Below, piece after piece: positions 23,749-35,502 of a stretch of 40,361 nucleotides of DNA. A program made the position numbers and the translations under genes. Numbering within the stretch: the first letter of the stretch is position 1; the number at the start of each line of letters is the position of its first letter. The stretch is from Geosiphon pyriformis uo1. Taxonomy: Eukaryota > Fungi > Glomeromycota. The stretch is from positions 1-40,361 of the forward strand of contig JAAOMT010000048.1 of assembly GCA_016748015.1 (NCBI GenBank), in the 5' to 3' direction. The notes under the pieces are model-generated. The model saw only the letters and a list, made by a program, of their open reading frames with translations. It did no database searches and was not told where the DNA came from.

Positions 23749-25008
23749 TTTTCAAGGTCCAAGAAGAAATATATTTTCCTGTCTCTTAAAAAGTGATCAA
23801 TTGACTTTTTCTGATTGTTATTTGGATCTCTAAGTGAAGAAAAGAAATTAAAAGTCTTTCTATTTATTTGAATATTTAACTGCGATCTTTTTCCGCCTTT
23901 AAATGAGATAAGGAATACATAATTGATTAGGGAGTAGCATTCTAAAAAATAATTTCTTGAAACGGAATTTTTTATTCCGTTATATATTTATGTTTATATA
24001 TGTGATTGTAATTTGATTACATTTTTTTAGAATTTTTACCAAATATTTGGCAAGGCAAAAATATTATATATCTTGTTTGGCTTTCTTCAACCCTTCAGAT
24101 AAAGGAGCTTAAATTTTTAATTAATCACTGAATTATTTCAAATGACTTTTGTTGGTGTGATATACCGATTTTAATCGCTCCTTTAAACTCATGAATTATT
24201 TTTTAATGGGCTGTGGGAGTTTGCTTTTGAAAAGGTTTTCTCTTTCAAAACTCAAAAGATATGCTATTAAATTAGGAAGGTATCACGATCTATGATTCAA
24301 GATTTAAAAGCATAGGAAACTAAATAATCATTTTGGATAGCTGAAGAAAGTTGCCATGAAGAAATAATATTTTGAAATAAGTGCTAAAAATCATTCTAAA
24401 AAAATGATTTTTTTAAAATATTCAAGATTTTTAATGTGTGAAAATGTTCGAGATTTTGTTTTTTTTTCTGTTCAGTCTAAAGTTGTTTATAAGTTGAAAC
24501 CGACGAGTTTTTATCCAATGAGTTTTCTTTTAAGACAAAACCCCCCATTAACATTAAAACAAAGTAGCAGAGACTTCAATTTCTTTTATCAGGTAAGTTA
24601 CGTAAATTCGTGGCGGAAAAGAGTAAATAAAAATTAATTTTTTAAAGTAACGTGTCTCTTTTGAAGTTGAAACCAAAAATTTTAAAATTTGTGATTTTCC
24701 CACGAAAAAAGGAGAAATTTTTTTTTTGTTTTTATACCAATTTTTCTGATAACTTAAAAATGTGCCAGTTGCTCTATCATAGTGATTAGATATACTTTTT
24801 CTGTTAGAATAAGGTCCGATTTTGTTCTTACTTATTCCGACATCTTTTCGAAAATATTCTACTTTGAGTAGGATGTTAAACCTAGAGATCTTGATGAAAG
24901 GTAGTCATAAACCAAAGAATTTTGTTTAGTTCTAAAGTTTGGTGATATTTTACATTCGACGAATTCTTAGCTGCAACATTGATTGGCTTCAAAATAAATA
25001 TCCTCAAA

Positions 25009-25887
25009 TCAAAGTTCAATGTAAATGTAATGATTAAAATTGGATAATCTGTCGGGATAGGCTTCTAATTTCTCGAAATCTCCCAAGTGTTCCAATAATT
25101 CTTTTTTAATATGTCTTTCATATATATAATTTTCACAATTTCCTTTACCCTCTGCAGCAAATTCCGAAAAAGTTTTCCACAATTGGGAAGGCCTGATATC
25201 CACATTTTTTTGGATCTTCTCAATCAGTTCCATAACCCTCCTTTTAGACGCCTTTCCGTGTTGGTGTATATCCCCATGCCAGCATGTAGCATGGCAAGAT
25301 CTTGGGATGTGGCATAAAGAACTCTTGGTCACATTTCGAATTGCCTCGATAAAGTCGAGATAATAATTTTGTAGCTTGTCTTTGGTTTTCAAGGAAATTT
25401 GATAAAACAAGTGTCTCGTTCTGTATTCAAAAAAATCATCAATAATAATTTTTGATGAATCTTTATATGCTTTTGGGAATTGGTACTTTTCTGCCAAAAA
25501 AAGGGTTTCAAGGGGGTTTTCATAGACAGAACTTTCGAGAAATTCACAGCAAATTTTCGTGAGACTGTTCAACTCATACTTATCCGATAAAGGAAGCAGG
25601 TACAGGACGTTTTCCCATTGAATCCTTAGGAAAGAGGCTGGGTAAATAAAGGTTAACAGATCCTCAATATAATTGGGTGCTTCATACAATGTGACAGCCT
25701 CAAGAGAACGTTCATGATTTTCTATACTGTTACAGCTCTGAAACATAGCCTTGAAGACGGGAGAAGCTAATTCCATGATTTTTTTATGAACTTTAAAAAC
25801 GGCTAGCGATTCATTGATATTGATTAAAAGATCACCATCTTCGTAAAAGTGGGTCCCCTGATCAATTTTATTTTCTCCAGCTGTCAT
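25009..25887 (-). CDS. BTB/POZ-domain protein, intronless, 292 aa
   Basis: DGDLLINI..FKVHKKIMELASPVFKAMF, EDLLTFIY and LSDKYELNSL..CCEFL, followed by a BACK-like helical region LFLAEKY. The C-terminal region contains Cys/His residues (CHIPRSCHATCWH). Confidence 0.9.
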   Translation of the reverse strand: MTAGENKIDQGTHFYEDGDLLININESLAVFKVHKKIMELASPVFKAMFQSCNSIENHERSLEAVTLYEAPNYIEDLLTFIYPASFLRIQWENVLYLLPLSDKYELNSLTKICCEFLESSVYENPLETLFLAEKYQFPKAYKDSSKIIIDDFFEYRTRHLFYQISLKTKDKLQNYYLDFIEAIRNVTKSSLCHIPRSCHATCWHGDIHQHGKASKRRVMELIEKIQKNVDIRPSQLWKTFSEFAAEGKGNCENYIYERHIKKELLEHLGDFEKLEAYPDRLSNFNHYIYIEL

Positions 25888-26184
25888 TTCTATAAGGTTT
25901 TTGTCGTTAAGAGTTAATCGAGTTCAAAGTTTATATCTTCTTAGTTACTAAATAATTTTTATTAGCTGAGATAAAGATAGCATCTAAATAGGTCGCACTT
26001 TATATCTTTTCAAAGTTGCAAAAATGTGACACATTTATTAAGGTATTATCTTTAGCTAAGATCATTAGTTTGCAAAGATAATTTCATAAATCTTTGGTGA
26101 ATCAAGAATAAAATGATTTATAACATGTCCTTGCAATACGGATAGTGAGTCTAATTTATCTTCCAATTAGTTTATTATCTAGTA

Positions 26185-26935
26185 CAGTGGCTCACAAAAG
26201 TTATCATATTACCCGAGATAATTTATTAAATTTTAGTATCATGTCAGATAAATCTTAGATTTTTCTTCAATATCTATTTTTGTACATATATCAATCAACA
26301 TAAACCAGACTTTCAGGTGTATAATTTATTTATGTTTTTAGAACCCTTATATAAGTTACATAGTAACGAATATGGCATTTATTTTACTTATTCATGAATA
26401 TGTGTGTAGATATGGTTACGATAAATAGTTATATTATGCTTCTATTATGTTACCCCTTAACCTTTAAAACATCCGCTATTCTATTGGGAATGAATTCAAT
26501 TAGTATTCGTCCAAACTTCCATTTCAATATTATTCCAAATGCATTGAATTTTTTCCGACAGTTTTTCCTTGGTATGCACTTGCTCAGGTAGATGGCGAAG
26601 ACGTCGATCAAGCTTATTCCACAAGTGTTCAATGGGATTTAAGTCTGGAGATTATGGGGGCCAAACAAGAACATTAATATTATTCTTCTCAACCACTTCT
26701 TGGTAAGTTTTAGGGTCATTATCCTGTTGGAAAATAATACCTTGTGTATCCAAACCAAATTGGTTTAAGACTCCAATTAAATCATCTATAAGTATTTTTC
26801 TATGCCCTTCACCGTTCAAATTTCATTCAATATGACAAAGATTGCCAAGGGTGTGTATTGTAAAACAACAATACCACCCCCCACCAAATTTACTGTTGAT
26901 TGTACAACACTAACATTAATATTATTGTCGATTTG
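26185..26935 (-). mobile_element. Truncated Tc1-family relic (3' half plus one terminal repeat)
   Basis: Minus-strand remnants VQSTVKFGGGG..CF..IFQQDNDPK..VLVWP..SPDLNPIEHLWNKL..IPNRIADVLKVKG with frameshifts. A TA|CAGTGGCTCACAAAAGT terminus lies at 26183-26201. The 5' half is lost where the AT-rich block begins. Confidence 0.9.
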
Positions 26936-29900
26936 ATTTTATTTAATTTTGAATTTCTACTGCTGTTGAACATTCTTGGGTAGAAATAGTAATCAAGTTA
27001 ATAACTAAGTTAATAAATCATACTAACAATTTATTTAAAAAATAAGATAGTTAATATATATAACTAAATATAATTAGATAATTAATATAACTAAAAATTA
27101 AAAGATTTAATTATAACATTATTTTTTTCCAAAAAAAGTATAAAAAGCATTTTGTATATTTTAAATAAAAAAATATTTTTTTATACTAAACAAAAATATA
27201 TCTGTTTTAAAACTACAATAATTCTGCTTATATTTATTTTGGTATTTTATTAATTAATATTATAAATATTATAATAATTAATAACTAATTAAGTCTTTTG
27301 TAATATTTTTAATTTATGTATTATAAACAAATTAATTATTAAATACTATTTTATATTAGTCTTATAAGATATAAGATCTATTGTTTAATATTTTGTCAAT
27401 TATAAATAGTTTTTTCTATTAACTTGAAAATTTATTACTAAAAATATTGTTTTATTTAATTAATTTTCAAGAATTATGTTACTAATTTATAGAAAAAGTG
27501 TTTTATATATTTTTATTTTTTATAAGCAATTATTTGTATTTTTATTAAAAAATCTAAAATTATTTAAAGTTTTTATTGTAATATGTTTTTGTAATTAAGT
27601 TTTATTATTTCTTTAAAAAGTACTGTCTTAATATTAATTTTAATAAGTAATATTGTCATATATTTATAAATTAAATAAAAAATTTTATAGTCAATTATAT
27701 TATAATTGATTATTAAATAAGCAAAAATATTAAAGACAAAAATTTGTCTTATAAATTGGTTTTTTGCTGGTTTTTATTAAGATTTTACAAAGTATTTGAT
27801 TAAAATATTTTACTAATTTATTTATTTAAAGATAATAAGAAAAAAAAAATTTGTAATATACTTTGAATTTTTTAAAAGATTTTTTTATTTAAAAGTAATT
27901 TTAAAATATTTAAAACAGTATATAATTTCTTATATATAAAGTTATTAATTAAAATAATCGTTTAATTTTATTTTATGAAGTAATTTGTTGTTATAATAAT
28001 AAATTTGTTTAATTATATTAATTTTAATATTGTTAAAAAGTTAATCAACAAATATTAAATAAATATTTTCTTTTTAATTGAGTTTTTTTGTTAGTAAATA
28101 TTAAAGATTTAAATATATTTTGTTATCTTCTTTCTTAAAATTACCTAATAAATTTTATTAATATTTTCTAAATTATTTTTGTTTTTTTAAATTATTTTGT
28201 CAATAAGTCTGTTTGTATATTTTATATCATAATTTCTTTTTTCCAAATTATAATTTTTTGGTTTTTTTAATACAATTGGTTTTGGTAAATTAAATAAATT
28301 TGAATGTTTTTACAAATATTCTCTTTGTTATTAATTATAATTTAATGAATATTGTTTTTTATCTAAAAATTTAGTAAATATTAAATAATTTTTCAAGTTT
28401 ATTATTATGTTTAATATTAAACAAAATATTAATAAAGTTTTTGCTAAAAAATTTTATTATAAAATTATTAATAATAATAAAATATTTGTATTTAAATTTT
28501 TTTTTTAATATTTAATTTTGTAATTGTATTTGTCTAATTAAAAAATTCAGTAAATGATTTATTTATGTTTTAATTTTATTTTATTATATAATTAAATTAA
28601 AACTTAATATAAATTTTTAAGAAATATTAAATTTAATAATTAATTATTTAATAATAATATAATTTTGTTTAATAAAGAATATTGTTTTGTTTATATAAAC
28701 AATAACATATTTTTTTGTTATTGTTTAATTAAAATAGAATAATATTTAATTAATATTTTAATGTATTAATATAAAAAATAAAAATTTATCTAAATTAAAT
28801 TGTTTTAAGATAAGTTTAAAAATTCAAAATATTTTTTAAACCAAGATATATTTAAAGAAAACTTAAAAAATACATTTTTTGTAGTTTTAATTAAAACAAT
28901 AAAGTAAGTATTTATTAAAAAAAAAATTTATTTATATAGTTTAAAAATTATTAACATTCAAAATTAGAAAACCAATTTACTTAACAAATATATATTTAAC
29001 AAATTTAATAAACTTAAAACAAATTTATTATAATATTAAACAAATTAACAGCTTTATTATTTAGAAAATTTTTAATTACAGCTAACGATTTTTAATATTT
29101 TATCTTTTTTATTATTTTAAAAAATACTGTATTATTTATATAGTTTAATAAGATATATTGATAATATTATAACTTAAATTTTATTTAAGATTATTTAATT
29201 TTTAGTTTATTTTTTTATAATCTTATTAATCTTAGAATTAATTTTATTAACTTTCAAAATTAATTTATTATTTATAATTAAATAATCCACAACAAATTTT
29301 TAAAACAGATATTTTAGATTACTTTTATTACAAGTAAAATTTTTTATATATTTAGTAATAATTAATTTAATTTTGAATTTTTTAATCATCTGTAATTTAT
29401 ATAGCTTAAATATTTAATAAACTTTTTTAATTTTTAATTTTTAATTTATTATATTTTAAATATTTAAAGCTTTTAAATTATTTGGAAAAAACTATATACA
29501 TAAAAGTTTTATGTATTTATTACTAAATTTAAATTTAAATTTTTTAATAATTTTTAATACAAAAGCTTTAATCTATAAAATTTAAAAAAAAATTTGTTTT
29601 TTTTAGTTTATTAAACTTATTTACTGTATTAATTGTTTTTAACTAAGAAAAATTCTTGATTTTTTCTATTTAAAATCTTTAATTTTGTATTTTTAATAGT
29701 TTTAATTTGTTTAATTTTATAAAATACTGAATAAAATATTTAATAAACTATTTAAACTAATTAATATAAAAACAAATTTGTAATTAGTATTAAAAGACTT
29801 TTTATATTTTGTATTTTTTACTTAATTATAATATTAATTAATAAATCTAAATTTAAACATTTATTATTTAAAATCACAAATAAATTATTATTAATTGTCT

Positions 29901-32174
29901 TAATAATTATAGTATTAATATTAACAGTTTGTTTTTATTTAACTATAAAAAATATATTTATATAAAAATCTAAAACAATAACCAAAAATTTATTTTAAAA
30001 AAACAAATAAATAAACAAAACCAATTTAATATATTAAAATTTTTGCAAATATGCTTTGTTAAATTATTGTTTAAAATAATTAAAATTTAAGCCAAAAATA
30101 AAAACTTTAATTTTGTTAAATTTATTTATTATTTAAAATCAAATTTGATTTTTTAATTGTATTTTAATAACAATAAAAATCAAATTATTTATATTTTTAT
30201 GTTATTTATCATATTTTTTTGCTTAGTAAAATTGTTTATATTATATATTACATATAATTATTTTTTAAATTAAGTTGATTATTAAAACAGTAATTTGTTA
30301 AATCTTAAAAACAAAAATTGTTTATTTTTATTATTAAGTTTATTATTATATTTATAAATTTCTTAATATTTAATTTTTTTTTAAATCAAATAATTTTTGG
30401 TTATTAATAGTCTTATTATTAATAAATATATACAAACTTTTTTTATTGTTAAATTATTTATTTAATTTTGCTTAAAAAAGATTTTTAATAACTTATATTT
30501 AAAACAAAACTAAAAAAATATTAATATAAATATATTTAATTTCTTTGTCAACTTATTTATATATTTTATAAAATTAATAAAATTGTGTTTTAGACTAACA
30601 ATTATAATTTTAATATTCTTAATAAACAAAAAAAATAAATTCTTATAAAAAAACCAATGATAAAAAAGATTCAAAAAATAATTAAAAAACAAACTTTTAA
30701 TAATTAATATTCATTAAAAAAACAGAACGAAAAATAAAAGCTTGTTTTTTTTGATATATATATGTATTAATTATTGTTTAATAATATTAAAAATATTTTT
30801 TTATATTTAACTAAAAACTTTTTTATTAGAATTATATTTATTAATAATATGTTTAACTTATTTATACTTGACTTAAAAAAATATTATTAAATTACTCCAG
30901 CACAATATTGTTTTTTTTATAAACAAAAATTATATAAAAAGCATTTTTTTAAGACTTTTTAATTTTAAAATACATAATTATATATTTAATATAATTATAA
31001 AATACAAAGTTCTAATTAATTATATTTATTTTTATAATATAAAATTAAAAGATTAAAAGATTATAAATTATTATTTTTATTAATAAAATATGAAAAAATG
31101 TTTAATACAGATTTCTTAATATTAATTTTAATTTATTAATATTAATTTTTTTTATATATATTAAATTTTTTTTATTTAAATAAATTTATTTAGATACTAT
31201 TAACTAAATAATATTATTATTGGCAAATTTTATTATAGTTTTTTATTATAAATTAATAAGTTATACTTTAATTTACATTATTTTACCAAATTTAAAAAAA
31301 AATTAATTCTAAAAAAATTAATTAAGATTTTTTTAATAATTATTTTTATATTTTAACTAAATATAATTTAGTTAATAATTAAAATATAAAATATTATTAT
31401 TTTTAACTATTATACTTATTTATTTGGTAATATTATTTGTATTTAATTTAATTTTAAAAGTTTAAAGCTTTTTAAAATCATTATTTGATTAAATAGTTAT
31501 TTATTAATTTTATTATTAAAAATATTTATATTATATTTTTAAGTTTATATATCTTTTTGAATTTATTATATTTTTTATATATTTTATATATTTTATTTTT
31601 AAAAACAATTTTTTGAATTTTAATACACTTTTTATTTATTTAAAAAAATATTAATTAATTAACCAAAAAAACCAAAATACTAATAAACTTAATAATAAAT
31701 TTAATTAGTAAACTTAATATAACCAATTTAAATTTTAAAAAACCAATTAAAAACTAACAAAAAATTAACAACATTAATAATAGCAAAAATAAGCAAAAAT
31801 ATAATAATAAAAAAAACCAAAAAACAAATATTTTAATATAAAACTTAATATTAATAAAACAAGATTCAAAATTTTAAACCAATTACAAATTTAAATAAAA
31901 ACTTAAAAAAAAAATAAGAACATCTTATAATTTAAAGCCAAATAATTAAAACTTTAATATTTAAAACAATATTAATAGTTAAAATTTTTTATTAAATATA
32001 ATATTTTTTTAAAATATCTATTTTAATAATTATAGTTTCAAATTTTTTTAAAAACAAAAAATAAATTAAAAAAACAAAAAATAAAACAAATATAATTATA
32101 AACCTAAAAAACCAATTTGTTAATTTTAAAAACAATATAATTAAAAAATTAATTAATTTAATCTTAAATAATTT

Positions 32175-33587
32175 TATTTTATTTTATTGTAAGTTTAACA
32201 AATAAAGTCTAACTACTATTTAGTATATAGAACCAAACTAAATGGAACTAACTAAATACAGCTCATGTATTTATTACATATGGCCAGCCACTTGGGTCAA
32301 ATAAAACAACACTATATGTCTATATTAACAAATGTATTACCACCTAAACCAGAAAAAAAATAACACAACTTGTACTTACTAAATCCAACAGCAAAAAATT
32401 CTATAACTTCAAATATACAGACAACTTCAACCAACAATATAGAAACTAAACAGTAAAACAAGCCCAAAATCACATCATTATTTCCTACCAAGCCAGTCTT
32501 TTTTATATTTACTCTATGTTTGGCTTTGACAACTCATATCTTGGTATGGTACAATTCCACCAAAAATCTACTGAATTTTACAAGGGCAAGAGCAGCTTTT
32601 TTTTTCCCTTCAAAAACCAAAACAGTCTTGGCATACCAATTTCTTAACACAAAGTCTTTACAAATAGCTGTATACAAGTTCATATTTAAAAAGCACATAG
32701 AAAATGACTGCAAAATTGCAAAAACAAATGAGCATAAAATACCAGACAATAATGTCTATTTACTGATAGCCTCAGCTAAAATGTTTCCACAAAGACCAGA
32801 TTTATCAGAACAAGTAAAACTATGATTAGACAATTCCATATTGTCACACAATAAGCACAACACCTTAGGATAACACCTGTTATACAATCTTTTTCTAACT
32901 GTTACTAGTAGTCATCTATAAACAGTTTTTATCAAATATGTATGCAAATTGGCCGACTTTCTACCAGTAAACTTAGAAAGCATGTGTAAATTAGGATGCC
33001 AAACCTCTGTAGTAGTTTTTTACTCAATATCTTTAATCATAATACCTGGAATTATGTTATAACCAGGACCAGCTTCTCAATAAGCATAGCAAATTGATCA
33101 GTACAAATTACAAACAAAGTAATAAGCATTACCAAACACAACAGTTTTTTCAGCAATCAAATATCTCTTCTGAATCCTAGCCAGCAAAGAGAAGAGTAAA
33201 AACATGGTTTTACTAACCAATGTATTAGCCTTAATATTGCCAAGTATACCAAAATGTCTTTTAATTTTCACTCACTTAATAAAAATGTCTTTATCCTTAA
33301 GAAGATTGACTATCTGCAATCTTTTGATTTAACATTAGTTATGGAAGTCGAGCACAGTAAAAGAAGCCTCAGATGTATAGACATTAATTGCAAATTGGCT
33401 ATCTAAGTACAGAACTACAGCACATGAAAACAGAACACATTCCAAAGCCAAAGCAATAGCCTGTAATTCAGTTAAAGTAGAAGACCTAAGTCCAGCTACC
33501 CTAATCTCAATATCTGTATCTACAGCTGGAAAGTAAGCAGTTGTCATATCTGCCACCTTATTGGAGCCAGCACCTTTTAAGAAACCA
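32175..33587 (-). mobile_element. 5'-truncated non-LTR retrotransposon (LINE) with RNase H, CCHC zinc knuckle and 3' UTR
   Basis: RNase H remnant GFLKGAG..TELQAIALAL..LYLDSQ..*VKIKRHFGILGNIKAN, corresponding to WVKVKGHSGILGN.KAD. Zinc knuckle CLLCDNMELSNHSFTC at about 32.81-32.86 kb. (TAAAA)n tail. Candidate TSD TAAATAATTT at 32165-32174 and 33588-33597. Confidence 0.88.
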
Positions 33588-34166
33588 TAAATAATTTATA
33601 AAAAACAAATAATTTTTTTTAAATTAATAAAAAAAATTCTATTATTATTTTTTTAAAATTTTAAAATAAATAATAATATATTACCAAATATTAACAAATT
33701 TTAATGTAATTTAAAAAATCTTATCAAAAATATTAAGAACTGTTTTAATATTAATAATAAAACCATTCTTAAACATATTATATAAAGCAATAACAATAAA
33801 AAAATATAAACTTAAAAATTATTAAAGATTTAACAATTTTAAAAATAAAAAAAACAGATAAAAATAGCAAATTTAATTTAAAATACAGTATTTAAAAAAA
33901 CTTAAAAAACAAATTTAATATAAAACAACTTTATATTATTTTTAAATATTAATTTAATATTAATAAAATTATGTATAAACTAAAAAATATGTTTAATATA
34001 AATTAATTTTAACTTAAAAAAACATTAAAAATTAAAATAAAACTACTTACTTAATAAATTTTTAATATTTAATAATTGTTTTTTGCCAAAAATCAGAAAA
34101 AAATAGCTTTAATTTTTATTTAATTAATTTAATTCTTAAAATTTAGTAATTTAATAAGTTAAGATT

Positions 34167-34315
34167 CTGGTGAGTGTGTAATATTGCCTTGATGGGTCCG
34201 AGTGGCTGGTCACATGTAGTAAGTACATGAGCCACATTTAGTTTGAAATATTTTGCTTTATCTCTGTATGCTAGATAGTAGTTAGGCTGCATTCATTAAT
34301 TAATAAAAAAAAAAA
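34167..34315 (+). mobile_element. Very short LINE 3'-end fragment with poly(A), same family as 32175-33587
   Basis: It aligns to the reverse complement of about 32190-32325, e.g. GTGGCTGGTCACATGTAGTAAGTACATGAGC vs GTGGCTGGCCATATGTAATAAATACATGAGC. It ends in an A11 tract. Confidence 0.8.
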
Positions 34316-35502
34316 CAAGTTAATTTATTAAAAATATATGTAAAAAAATAATTTAGTTTGTTTTTAAGACTAGTAAAAATTAATTAAACACTAATATATT
34401 AAGTAATACAACCAAAAATTAATTTAAATCAAAATTAATTAATGTAATTTTATTGTTATTATTCAAAATAATATTTTTTTATTTACAATTATAATAAAAA
34501 TTTAATAATATGATTAATACAAATAATATAAAATTAATTAAAAACCAAAAAAAACTAAATAATATTTTAAAATTAATAAAAAGCTGTTTAATAATTACTT
34601 TATTTAAAAAAAAATTTTTTATAAAATATTAAGCAAATTTAACAATTATAAATGTTTAATTATAAAAATATTATTTATTACTTTAAAAAAACAACTTTTT
34701 TACTTTTTGCTTTGATTATAATTATAAAAATATAAAAAAAAAAGTTTTTTTAATAAAAATAAAAATAATTTTATTATTTAAATTAATTATTAATTATTGA
34801 TTATTAATTTTTAAGCTTTAAAAAACTTTTTAATATTATTAATTAAAAATATTTAATATTTAAATTATACTTATAATTTATCATAAATCGAATTATTAAT
34901 AATAAAAATAATTAAATATGTTAAATAGTATTAATAAATTAAATTATTGAATTTTAGAAATTTTATTACTATTTTATAATATTATTGTAAATAAAATATA
35001 ATTTAATAATAAGCATTTTTTATAATAAATTAGTTATTATTTAACAATTAAAAAATCTTATGCTTAAATATAAAAATAAAGTAAATAAATTAATAAAAAA
35101 TTTTTACATAATATTGGTTAAAAGTTGGCAAAAATAATTAATTATATATAAATTGTTTTTAATATGTAATATTTTTTGTCACGTATTTTTAAATTAAATT
35201 TAAATTACATTTAAATAAATAAATAATACTGTTTGGAAATTTGTATATAAATTATAAAAATATATATCATTAAATGTGATAAAAATCTTGTTATTTGATT
35301 GGTCATTATAGAATGATCGCCACGATTCTCAGATTTAGATTTTTTGCAGCATATGTAGATTTTTTGATAAGCATTTTATTAATCCTCCTGTTTCACCCTC
35401 AATGGCGTCATCACGCTTTGGCGGAATTCTGAGTTCCTTATATGGTAATTAGGGTAATAGTAAAGTCTCCCACTGTAAACCATTACACGGTTACAAGACA
35501 CA

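Larger units (their letters stand above)
26960..35260. mobile_element. Large AT-rich nest of degenerate retroelements with younger LINE fragments inserted (boundaries approximate)
   Basis: Near-total loss of G/C and CpG with no real ORFs. Faint gag-like and protease-like traces on the plus strand around 29.0-31.3 kb are uncertain. The block is interrupted by less-decayed LINE pieces. Confidence 0.7.

Noticed and set aside
24649-24654. CACGTT (Pho4-like site) about 900 bp upstream of PHO84
   Set aside because: A single hexamer is expected by chance, and no CACGTG cluster was seen.
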